Part shown: piece after piece, positions 27,851 to 40,260 of the stretch
How positions within the stretch are numbered: the first letter of the stretch is position 1
Layout of the letters: the number at the start of each line of letters is the position of its first letter
DNA from: Camelus dromedarius
Taxonomy: Eukaryota
Assembly: GCF_036321535.1 (NCBI RefSeq)
Contig: NC_087437.1
Span: 74,464,001-74,528,000 of the forward strand
Length of the DNA stretch: 64,000 nt
Reading direction: 5' to 3'
The notes under the pieces: model-generated
Seen by the model: only the letters and a program-made list of their open reading frames with translations
What the model was told of the DNA's origin: nothing
Databases searched by the model: none
Program-made: the position numbers and the translations under genes

Positions 27851-30800
27851 TAGTTTAAGCTTACCAATTATGGTTTTGATGCTTTCTAACAAAAAGAAAT
27901 TTTAAACAAAAAGGAAAGCATGTATTTACTGCTAAATACAGTTAGGTAAAATATTGCAAGTTGTTTTCCAAAAGTTTTTCTTCTTGTTTTTTAAAAGGAC
28001 ATCTTTCTTATTTATGAAATCAGAATTCAAAGCTTTATGTGATCTAGTGCACACTGATGAATCAGTGTAAAAGGATGAATCTTAGTTCACAAATCAGGTG
28101 TGAAAATTGTAATTGTACTGAGTTTTCTGTAACAATTCAATTTTTTGTATAGTCCCCTTTCAGCCAAGATGACAGCAACTTGCTCTCTGTATTTTGAGGT
28201 TCCTAGGAATATCCTAGGCATAGTACTCAATTTATAGAGGCTTCACATAGTCCCAAGACATTGGGCTGAAGCATCCAGTGCTGACGTCATCTGTCCACAC
28301 AGGTATCTGCTGAAACATTCTGTTGAGGGTCTCGCTCATCACCTCTCAGGAGTTGCTGACAAAACATTCCCTATGCCCATCGGCCAGCCTCTTCAAAGCA
28401 GGAGGCTCTGCTACTTCTATGCCTCACTTGAATCTCTCTGCCCCTTTCATGCCACGACGGGGCTGGCTCGTTGCTCCCTGGCTGTCTAAACTCCTAGGCA
28501 CACAATGTAGCCTCTCCTTTGGAGTTCCCGGGAGTCTGGCCAGGAAGCAGAAAGCAGAGGCTTTCTCTCAGGGACCTTCTTCTTCACTTCCCTTCCCTTC
28601 CATCTCTACCCTTCTATGATGTTCTAAAGGGTGTCGGTATGAATAGCCTTGCTAAGAAAGCTCTGGGACATGCTGGGAAAAGAATAAATAAAATCTAAGC
28701 AAGGTGGGGTGAGAAAGACCTCCAAATGATGCTAACCAAAAGGCGTGACAAATCCTTGAGGGCTCTTGAGAGGAGGGCAGCGGGTTTTTCCTCGTGACAA
28801 TGAAAGGAGGAGGAGGGTGTGTGGTATGGCGGGGAGACAAGGAAGAGAGCAGAGGAAGAGAATGGCCACAGCCATTTGCATGTTCGGGTAGTTTCTAAGC
28901 TGTGTCTATAACAAGCTTCATTTTCTCTTATTCTGTGCCTTCATTTTCCCTTTCCTAATTTTATTTTTCAGTTGGTGCTGTACTACATAATTTTTTGTGA
29001 ACATCTTCTAGAGGCCTTTCTGAACTTGCCTTGCTTAGATTTTATTTATTTATATCCTAACTTGTTCCAGAGCTTTCTTAGCAAGACTGTTCATACTGAC
29101 ACCCTTTATGACATCATCAGTCTCTGCCTTCATCCTCTTTATAATCCTAGGTGCTTTTCCTCTGCACTCTCTCTGATCTTTCCTGATTGGGAGCCTCTCA
29201 AGTCCATTTATTTTATGTCTCTATTTTTACTAGCATTTTTAAGCTAGTTTTTAGCTCATGTAGGCCTGTTATTTTCCAGGTCAATTTGACTTATATTTAC
29301 AACGTTGTGAGGAACTACATCAAATGCTTTCTCCCATTTTGTCATTTAAAGGAATCTTATATCACATTTCCCTGGAAGACCAAGGACAACTTGAAAATAT
29401 TTCTCAATGTTTGCCTTCTTTTTCTGAGGCAGTGGTACACTGTCACTACTGAATTTCAGTGTGAATGGCTTGGAGCCTCATCTTTTGAAACTCTGTGGAA
29501 ATAGGGGCATTAGGTTATATTGTTTCTGGCCACAGGAGACATTTTTTAAAATAAAACCTCCAAATTCTAAATAAAGAGCTATTTCCATTTCTGATGAAAT
29601 GGTAATGTTTTCTCTATGAAGTCTTACTTAAATCATATATGATTCTTTGCATATTTATAGAGGTGCAGAATGTAGTACTTGTGTTTTGTGTTTAATTTTA
29701 GAGCAATGACACAAACTAGAATATGTTTCCAGGGACAGCGTCTGAAATAAATACATTCAGATTTCTTAAAGGCTCTGACGCAGATTACTTATAATAAACC
29801 AAGATATAAATGTCATATTTCCTCAAGCCATCCGTACTTGGCACCCGGAGCTGATGACTGTCCTCCCTTTCGACGATCTCCTAGGTTATACACTCTGTCC
29901 TTCCAAGAACAGATTGTGTCATTTCTACTATAGACAGTATCAAAGATAAACAAAGCTCCAGTCTGGGTTTAGGTTTAGAAACTATCAGAAGCATTTTTAA
30001 AGCCACTGCATAGGAGGCACAAAAAGAGCAAGTTGCTATTCTGTATATCAAAATTTATGTTAACTTTTCATAGAGTTTGATATAACAGACCCACCAAGAC
30101 AAAGTGGGAGAGATGACAGGGAAAGAAAATCACTGAGTTTATTACATAGTCACTTACAACAAAATTGATTAACAACAGATAAAACTTATAAATTGATGGC
30201 CTCTTCCAAATCTGTCCTGGTTTGTGACTTGCTAAACTATTTCATGAAGTGTGAAGCCCATACGAACACAGAGGTTGGGATTTAGATTTTTACAAAAAGA
30301 ACAACACAGACTGATTATTTGAGAAAGCTCTGTTCTCCTCAGACCTTTGGTGTGAACAAACAGGACAGCAGAGCGTGACGCTTCATGAGAAAGGCAGAGA
30401 GGAGTAATCTGTGCTTTCGCTTAGGACCTTCGCTGTTAACCTAATTAATCCTGTTTCAGCTGTGGTAAACATTGAAAGGTAATTCCCTGTACTGCCCTGC
30501 ATAAACGGTGAGTCTAATTGATTACTTTATAATTTTCCCATAATTAATGCTAAATCTCTTCCGAGAGGTAGATTCGGAGTTGTGATTTCATATTCTAGTC
30601 TCAAAGCAAGTGTTCTTAGTATTCTGTCTGAATTGGTCTCTTGGGAACCAGAGCACACTTAGGCCTTCTTTCTGGAAGGCCAAAGAGGGAGGCAGCGGTG
30701 GACAGGGTGAGGCTCACCGGCCCTGGCAGAGCTAGAAGTCTCATTGCCCTGCACACAGGAACAGGGTTCTGCAATCAATTGGCCTAAATCGCCACAGGCA

Positions 30801-31732
30801 ACAGATATCATTATGCTACGACTGGTTAAACATAACTGGGAACTAGAAATTTCTTTGTTTTTAATAGCAGCAAGGGTGTACTTTTTAAAGCCCTCTTCTT
30901 TCCTGCAACAATTGAAAAATGCTCTTGAAAAAATCTTAAATTAAAAAAATGAGAAAATCACATTTACACTATGATTACTGTTACATAAATTTCACAGATA
31001 TGTGAACAGAAATGAATTGGAATGTAGAAAAATATAAGATATTTTATTTTTTAAGATAATTAAATTCTAATATGTGTAGTTTACTATACAGGAACCATAC
31101 CACAATAAAGGTGTTAAAGAAAGAAATAAAGAAACTGGAAACAAAAAAAGATGACTGAATTCTAAGTAATGCCACTTTTTGCATGTTTTGAAACACTATT
31201 GCTGTTACAATATTCTGTATATAAAACATACACATATGCAATATAAAATTCATCCTTCAGTTAGAAAAGAATTGTGACTTCACATTTTTTCCAACTTGAG
31301 ACTCTCCATACTTTAGTTAACCAGTATTTTTTATATTCCTCAATCCTTTGATATATTTAACTCAAATAAAAAGGGTCTTCAAGCTGGTAACTCACCAACA
31401 CCTAACTGAAGTTTCTTCTGATTTCTAAGGAACTTTAGAAAACACACATAAGTCAAAGAAGTAGGTTGAAAATGCCTTCTTGAGTTAATCTTATGAAAAT
31501 TGTTATGTTAAGAGAGGTTAAGATGTATTTATACATCATTAAAATAAAAACAACAACAACAACAAAAAATAAAATCATATAGATTTTTATAGAGCTGAGG
31601 CACAGAGAAACATGCCCAGAGAAGTTAAGTAGCTTGCCAAAGTTTGCACAGCTAGCAAGAATCATGGATAGGATCAATCCAGCAATCTAGCTGCAGAGAC
31701 CATGCTCACTACCATGTCAAAGTAATCGTTAT

Positions 31733-32116
31733 GTAAGTCAGACCGAGAAAGACAAATATCATATAATGTCACTTACATGTGGAATCTAAAAAAATGAGAC
31801 AAATAAACTTATTTACAAAACAGAAACAGACTCACAGAAGAAAACAAACTTATGGTACCAAAGGGGAAGGGGGCAAAGGGATAAATTAGGAGTTTAGGAT
31901 TAACAGATACAAACTATCATATATAAAATAGATAAACAGCAAGAATGTACTGTATAGCACAGGTAATTATGTTCAATATCTTATAATAACCTAATATGGA
32001 AAAGAATATGAAAAAGATGCATATGTATGTACAACTGAATCACTTTGCTGTACACATGAAACTAACACAACATTGTAAATCAACTATACTTCAATTTTTA
32101 AAATCTAGTATTTTAA
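31733..32116 (+). mobile_element. 5'-truncated L1 3' end
   Basis: Same family as 21618-22058, with a degenerate TSD AAAGTAAT(cgtt/tatc)AT. Confidence 0.88.
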
Positions 32117-33197
32117 AAAGTAATTATCATCACAAAAATATTGTCCAATGCAGAATCAATAGTACATATATTTATGTTGTATTTTTTCTTGCCCAATTTT
32201 TACTTCTTTTTTGGAATTCATAATTTTGCCTCTTTTTAATCTGCTTAATTTTTCTAATAGCCTTAATTCTTCCTAGATGCTCAGCCATTATATCTGCTTT
32301 ATAACGTTTACTTCATTTTTCCTGAAGAGCTTCCTCCTCGGACACCACACACCTGCCCTCTCATTTTATTTTAGGCTTACTGTTCTCTGATCTTGCTGTT
32401 TGTTGTTGACCCGCGGCATCTAAAATCCCAGTTCCTTCTCTCTTTCAGTGTTTTCCCTTGTTTCTCGGAGCATATTCTCCGTATCACCTTAGGAAGGGTT
32501 CCATAAAAGGTAAATTTCTGAGTCTTCAAAAATCTCATATCTTAATTTTTCCCTGAGGTTTAATTTATATTTTACAATATTACAATGCAATAGAACATTA
32601 TAGCTTAAAAATAGTTTTCCATCAGGGTTTTCAGAATAATGTCCACTGCTTTCTAGAAGGGAGTATTGTTTTGAGATCGTCAATGTCGTTTCACATTCCA
32701 GTCTTCTGTATGTAAGCTTGCTTATATTCTCTCGGAAATAAGACACTGTGCCTTATTGTGAGTCTGTTCTTATTCACCATGCTGAACACTTAATGGACCT
32801 TCCAATATGGAGCCTGATGTTCATGTCTCCAAAATGTTCATATGTTTTGATCCCTCCCCTCAATTTTCTGTTTTCTCCTATGAGTTAGATGCTGTAACTT
32901 CCATTTCCTCTTCTGAGTCTTTTTATTGTTTTGGTTTATTTATTTTGAATATTCTTCCTTACTTTGGTTATATTTTCTGAGAAATTTCTTTGAAAATTCC
33001 TTCCAATCTTTCCCTTGATTTTTAAACAAATTTTGTTAGAATTCTTACTTTCTCAGTTTATTCTTTATCTTTAAATCTAAAAATTATTTTTCCATAGAAA
33101 CCTATTCTTGTTTTATAGCAGTTACATGTTTTTATAATTAAAAGATATTATTTTAAGATATTAATTTATAGAATTTCAACCTTCATCCCTGATCTCT

Positions 33198-33385
33198 TTT
33201 TTTAAATTTTTTTTACTGACATATAGTCAGTTTACAATGTTGTGTCAATTTTTGGTGTACAGCACAATACTTCAGTCATATAGGAACATACATATATTTG
33301 TTTTCATATTCTTTTTCACCATAAGTTACTACAAGATATTGAATATAGTTCCCTCTGCTATACAGTATGAACTGTTGTTTATCCA
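33198..33385 (-). mobile_element. Short L1 3' terminal fragment
   Basis: T-run then ATAGTCAGTTTACAATGTTGTGTCAATTT..GGTGTACAGCA; reverse complement of 34600-34760. Confidence 0.85.
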
Positions 33386-34212
33386 TTCCTGATTTTCTTA
33401 CCCCACTCCTCTTCCCCACCATCAGCTGTAACTCATGCTATCAAACCTGGGATTTTGAAGGGTGAACAAATATTTTACCATTCATCTGCTCTGCTGTACA
33501 CACTTTAAATTGTGGTCCCCTGCACCCTATTAACAATAATTCACCTGCTTTCCACCTTCTAATATTTTTTCAAAATCTTTCATCAACTGATGTCCTCAAT
33601 ACCACTAAGTGGAGTCCTGGTAAAGATAGGAAATAAACATGTGGGTCATTTCTTTACTGTAACATGGAGGATGGGTTTATGAGGAATAAGACTAGTGGAA
33701 GGAGTACAGATTAAGTTATGGCACTTACTTGAAAGAAGAGTTTGGAGATATGATATATGCCTACAATGTGTGATAGTGAATGGAGACCATTTTCCATTTA
33801 TTAATGGAAAAATAATAAATTTTCAAAGTTGGAAAGAAGTAAGTATTCATATTTCCATTCAATAAACAATTATTTAAATTCATTCAGAGCCAGATGGGTA
33901 AGCAATGAGCATAAAAAAATGAAGAACTCTGTCTGAAAGGGCTCACAGTTTAGCAGATTCAGTTGGAGTTTCATTTGATGACTCTTACTGGATTAGAAAT
34001 CACCAAAGCTTATCAACCCCAATGGGAAGAAGTATGTGATTTTCCTTTAGAATCACTAATCTACTCTAAAGTAAGAGCACATGATAATAAATTAGGTAGA
34101 TGATACAGAGGTAACTGAGATAGGTTTTTGAAAGGATTGGTAAGATATAGTTTAAGGTTTCATGACATGGGATCCTTACTTGGGAGAAAAGAAGTGAGTC
34201 CAGAAAGGGACT

Positions 34213-34768
34213 AACAATAGCCAAGACATGGAGGCAACCTAAATGTCCATCAACAGATAACTGGATAAAGAAGTTGTGGTATATTTATACAGTGGACTAT
34301 TACTTAGCCATAAAAAAGAATAAAATAATGCCATTTTCAGTAAAATTTGTAGACCTAGAGATCATCGTTCTAAGTGAAGTAAGCCAGAAAGAGAAAGAAA
34401 AATACCGTATGATATCACTCATATGTGGAATCGAAAAAAAAAGAAAAAAAAGAGAGAACACTAATGAACTCTACAGAACAGAAACACTCACAGACATAGT
34501 AAACAATCTTACAATTACTGGGGCAAAGGGAGTGGGAAGGGATAAATCTGGGAGTTTGAGATTTGCAAATGTAAGCTGCTATATATACAAATAGATTAAA
34601 AAATTTTTCTTTTGTATAGCACAGGGAACTATATTCAATATCTTGTAATACCTTTAATGAAAAGAATATGAAAACAAATATATGTATGTATATGCAATAC
34701 TGGGACATTGTGCTGTACACCAGAAATTGACACATTGTAACTGACTACACTTCAATTGAAAAAAAATT
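34213..34768 (+). mobile_element. L1 3' end (ORF2 terminus and 3'UTR)
   Basis: ACAATAGCCAAGACATGG..CAACCTAAATGTCCATCAACAGA; translation WYIYTVDYYLAIKKNKIMPF. Confidence 0.92.
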
Positions 34769-34992
34769 GGAAAGGAAATAATGAACTTTCCTATAAATAC
34801 TGGATCAAAGAACTGGAAGTTCCAACAAAGTCAATGGATAGAAATGCAGTGAGAGTTGTAGCAGAAACAGCTAGTGATATCCTCCAAACAATTTCACGTT
34901 TTTTTCTTTCAGAAATAGAACATCTCAGTTTTGGGCTGCACACAACATTGCTCAGCTAGAGACTACATTTCCCCTTGTTCCTTTCAACTCAG

Positions 34993-35308
34993 TGCTACAG
35001 ACTGACTGTTTTTGTCCTTTCAAAATTTTGTATGTTGATGTGATGGTATTTGAAGCAGAGCCTTCACAAATGATGTTAGTACCTTTATAAAAGAGACCCC
35101 AGAGAGCACACTGGCTTCTACCATGTGAGAACTCAGCAAGAAAACAACCATCTGTGAAGCAGGAAGTGTGCTCTCACCAGACACCAAATCTACTGGCACA
35201 TTGATTGTGGACTTCCCAACCTCCAGAACTCAGAGAAATGAGTTTCTGTTGTTTATAAGCCACCCAATCTATGGTATTTTGTTATAGCAGCCCATATGGA
35301 CTAAGACA
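34993..35308 (+). mobile_element. MaLR LTR (MLT1A/MST-like), nested in an older MLT1-type LTR (~34855-35590)
   Basis: TG..TTATAAAAGAGACCCCAGAGAG..CCAGAACT..GTTTATAAGCCACCCAATCTATGGTATTTTGTTATAGCAGCC..GACTAAGACA. Confidence 0.85.
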
Positions 35309-38300
35309 TTAGGTATGACCATGTGACTAAGCTTTAGCTAATAGGATATGGGTGTAAGAAATATGTGTGACTTTTGGGTTGCATCTTTTAACAAGAAAGC
35401 TGCTAGCTCTTCTTTTCTCTCTTTTTTCCAAGTGCTGGAAAATACATATGATAGTAGCAAGCCAGCTTCAAATATGTGAACAAAGAAAGGCCCCTTGAGG
35501 GTGGCAGAACTATAAGACAGAGGGAACTTGGGTTCCTTGATGACCTTGTAGAATAGAGCCCTCTGCCACCCTCTGCCATTCAACAGCTTACCCTGTAACT
35601 AATTTAGGTGGAATAATGATGTGTGGTCTGGAAGAATAGGATTATAATCAGAGATTAGGATATTAAATTTTGTGACTTCAGACATGATATAGCTCTGGGG
35701 AACAGATGGTTCAGGATGGGATCATGGGAATTGGTTGCTGAAATCAAGAGAAGCTAAATAGAGTAAAAGACAGAAAGAAAAGCTGAATTTAGCATACTGG
35801 GTTAACAATCTATATGTTTATGAAATCCCCTGGATGAGAACAGGAATGAGGATGGCAAAACAAAAACAGTAAGCCGTATGACAGAGTTCTCAATGGATGT
35901 TGGAAAACCTTCAACATCATAAATAATGGGGACATGGAAGAGTGGAGATGCTACAGTTGATTAGCATGAGGCTCAAGGCCCCAGGGATATTGTTCCCAAG
36001 AGTGGAGGAATAATATTATAGAAGCAGTAGGACAGGCTACTGGTGATTCTAGTCCAGATACTATCATCAGCCAACGTAGCAAATCATTTTATGCCTCTAG
36101 GTCAAAAAAGTCTCACCTGTGAAAGGAGAGAATTGGAGTCGATTATAGCTAGTCTTCTTGCAGCGCTAACATTTTGTAATTTTAACTTAGAACTGAATCC
36201 AAATTCCCTAATTCTAATAACAGGCCAATCTTCCACTTGCTCTAAAACCATGTCACTACACCTTTAATGGAACATAAACCCAGGGCTAGTGCCTCTTGGG
36301 GAGAGTGATGAAATGGTACATAAACAAGTCACTTCCTTTCTCTCTCCAGCAGAGATGCTCAACTTTTAAATTTGTTCCCTTTGTGTCTGTGGGCTGTGGT
36401 TCACAGCTGTGTTAGCTGATTCCCAATTATCATGATTTGCAGGAAAATCTAAGCCCAGAATGAGATGAGGCCTATGGGAGGATCCAGGCTCAGGGCAGTC
36501 AGGCAGTGTCTTGTGTCTTGGGTGACCTCCTCCTGACCTGTGCAGTTTTACTAGCCAGCTGCTGGTGGAGAGTGGCTGCTTACACAACAGCATTTCTCTT
36601 TTCTTCAGCTATTTGGATGTTTCCTCTTTGATTTGTTATTTTTTTTCTTTTGATTTTTATAATTTCCACTTTTTGATAGATTATTTCAACTCATGTGTAT
36701 TGTGTGTGTGCATTATACACACCTATATATATGCATATACACAACATAACATTACTAATTTCCCAAGCTTTCAAATAATCCAACCACAATTTTGATAATT
36801 GAGTGTTATGAGCAAGATGATGTTTTAGTACTCTACTAATGAGTCCCAAGCCTTTTACTTTGGTCTCTTTTACCTTTGGCAATGATACTTTGCATCTTTC
36901 TAAGCCCCTGAGTCCCATAGACTTCCCTTCTTGGGCTTGACCCAGCTAACTTGGGTGTAGGGCTCTTGTCACACACCCAGTCCATCATCTGTGTATTTCC
37001 CTTTCTTTTTCAATAAGACAAACAGCAGCACAGGACAGAGCTAGAATCAATTATTAAAGACATAGATTCTATTAGATTGAATTTGTCTTCAACAATCATG
37101 GAATAGGACGACTTCAGATTCATTTTCTTTTCCATCTCTGACTCTTGATAAAGAAATCATATGGCGGGGGGGGTCACTAATTTTTAGGGTCCAGTGTGAA
37201 AACATTGAAGTTAGATTCCCCTCAAACCAAATATCTGATTCTTTCACTGGTTCCCACGCCTACATGAAGGTCTGCAGGTGAACACTAAAGCTTTATTCGG
37301 GGAAAAAAAAAAAAAAAAGGTTAGTTGGGAGAGAGATGTTGACTATTATTTTATAACTAGTGCTACCTTCCTTGACTTGCATGCCAATTTTCTATTAGAG
37401 AGTGAGGTGGTAGTTGTGAAGCTACTGCTAACAGGGTCTCACATCCACTAACCCACCAGATTAGATCAGGTCTGTCACTGATGTTCTTTCTCTGTATAGA
37501 TCACTGTAGCACTGATTAGAGTGGTACATTCATCATTTGAGTTTATTTATTAAGTAAAATCTGCTAGCTTGCAATCTCCATCAGTACTGAGAATGTATTT
37601 GTATTTTTCAACACAATATTATGATTTGTAGTTTCTAGATATTCAAAAATTTGAGTGAATGAATGTATCATTGTATTGAGTAATATTTTTTAGAGTTTTT
37701 TTTTTAAGTGTTCATGCCTCTGAGGTACTTAGTTTCTGGAAGCTCTTGCATAAGGCGTTAGCCCTGAAAGTAGTAATAACCAATTGTATCTATTAGGTAA
37801 ATTTTGAACAAGAATTACACTTTACTCCTTATCTTAATTGTTATAATACTCTTCCATTTTATTTTATTTTTTATTGAAGTACAGTTGATTTACAATGTTA
37901 ATTTCAGGTGTACAGCAAAGTGATTCAATGATATATATACATACACACACCCAGACATACATATACACACACACACACATATATTTTCAAATTCTTTTCC
38001 ATTATACAATACTCTTAACTGCATTGGTAATTTTCAAAGTATCAAGAAAGAAACTACAACACAAAGAATATCCATTCAGAATGTAATATCCTCCTTTTCT
38101 TTTCTTTCTTTTTTTTTTTTTTAACTCAGCAAGCACTGCAGGGTCATCTCTGTAAACATCAATTATCTCTACATTCTAAATGTGTAGAAGTTCACCTAGG
38201 AAATTCACAGTTAACATCCTGCCATGTAAACCAGATTTACTAGAAAATGTAATAGTAAAGTGTCAATGAGCATAATCAGTCATATATCTCCCACATCCCA

Positions 38301-39274
38301 CTCTGCATGAGCAACGCTAAGTACTTACTGCTAGTTTCTCCCTCTGGATTACCATATTGATAGCAGGTCAGATGTGCTATATGAATATTTGTAATTCAAG
38401 CAGGTTTCATCTTAAGCTTAATCACATTTTTTTAAACTACAGCAAAAATGCTAATGTTTCTTATCACATATGCTTATCTTCATTGAAATCTCCCATGCAG
38501 ATATAAAATGCTACAAGTTTCTGTGTGTTTCATACCAAATCAGATGAAGGACTATATGCATCTCATAGGACTTCTCTACTAAGTGTCCAAGCAATAGATG
38601 GATGTTTGAATAAATATTATACCCAAACCAAATCTTTATCCCATGCCAATATCATTCAAAGGACAGATCTCTAGCAGAAGGTTGATGAGTATTCTGGCAT
38701 GACTATTTCTGTTATAACATTATTTTCATTCTGAGGCCCATACTTCAATATAATGTAATTGTTCTGGATTAAAATGTTTATGGTTGTAGGTTTGCTTGCT
38801 TGCAGTTCTGGCAAATTCTAGAAAGCCTGAGTCTGCAAGCATAGTCATTCTAACAAACTCACATTTTTATTCATTTGACAGTACATAGTATTTATTTTCC
38901 CTAAAAGATTATTCAAAACTAAATTTTTGACATTATTTGATTCTTGGTATCTAAACAGACATTAAGTGTCTTGGATTTTCCCTTCCCTCTCCTATTCCTG
39001 TTGTCTTGGAACATCTCTATTTAAGAACTGTGCAGTGCTGCCTCTTATAGGATGGCTAACCCCTGCCTCTCTCAGGACTCTCCATAACGTGGCTCCATCC
39101 ATTGCCATGTCTAGCCTATTTCAGCCTCTCCATACCATGTAACTTCTGTTTAGATAGACTTTCAGTCATTCCACATACACCTGCTTATCTTTATCTTTTG
39201 CACTTAGTATACCATCCAGCTACCTGTTACTCATCCTTGAAGTCAAGTTAAATTCTCATCTTATGAAATAAATC

Positions 39275-39705
39275 TTCTGTTTGGCCCTCCAGATCCACTC
39301 TTCACCCTGACCTCTGTCCTGATGACTGATGGACTACATCAACAGGCTCCTTTGACCTAGATGTCAGATAATTCTGGCCAAAGGAGAGCCCTGGCAGATG
39401 GGTGAGGAAGAAAGAGGAGAGTGAGGTTGTGATATTTATTCCACCAATCCTTTCCTATAAGGTAATGTTGATCTGGCTACATCTCTCAGCCAAGGCAGCA
39501 CTCTCCACAGGACTCCCTTCTGCCAGGTTCCAGGAATTACTGTACTCTTTAGCCCCTTAGGATGGTAATGGTCTGGTTGTTATTGGCCCAGTGGTAATGT
39601 ACTATCTCTTTTGGCTTCCACTTGTGCTGAATGCATTTTTGTAAATGATCTCTTTATTAAACCTTTCCGAAATCATCTATTTCCTGCTAGGATCTTGACT
39701 GATAC
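39275..39705 (+). mobile_element. ERVL LTR (LTR33-like)
   Basis: CCCTCCAGATCCACTC..GGACTACATCAACAGGCTCC..TTTATTAAAC..TTTCCTGCTAGGATCTTGACTGATACA. Confidence 0.6.
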
Positions 39706-39759
39706 ACATCCCTTCCAAGAAGCCTTAGCCAGTAACTCCCATTCACTTTCTGATGATGG

Positions 39760-40260
39760 CATCTGTCTGTATCATACTGCATTGGCTTTCAAATTTGCCC
39801 ACAAATTCTTTGATACTCCTCTCTTTGGAGATTGGAGCTGAATTCCCCATCTCCAGAAAGCGGCAGAAGTGTTGTCACACAGCTTCCTTTTTTAGGACAC
39901 AAAAGGCATTGTGCCCTCTGCTTGCTCTCTCTCTTGGATTACTCACTCTAAGGAAGTCAGCTGCCAGTTGACACTCAAGCAGCTGTAGGTAGAAGCCCAC
40001 ATGACAAGGTACTGAGATCTCCTGCCAACAGTCATGTGAATGAGTGAAACAGATCCTCTAGCCACAGTCGAGCCTTCAGATGACTGCAGCTGTGACTGAC
40101 ATCTTGACACAACCTCATGAGAAACTCTGCACCAGAACTACCCAGCTAAACTGCCCTCAAATTTCTAATCCACGAGAACTGGGAGATGATAAATATTTAT
40201 TCTTTAAAGCGGCTAAGCTTAGAAGGTAATTTGTTATGGAACAATTGATAATGAATACCA
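39760..40260 (+). mobile_element. MaLR LTR (MLT1E/F-like)
   Basis: GAGCCTTCAGATGACTGCAGC..CAACCTCATGAGA..CCAGCTAA..GGTAATTTGTTATG..GATAATGAATAC. Confidence 0.75.

Noticed and set aside
28051..28068. Inverted repeat ACACTGAT-GA-ATCAGTGT
   Set aside because: An 8-bp stem is expected by chance in 64 kb, and there is no miRNA-length hairpin.
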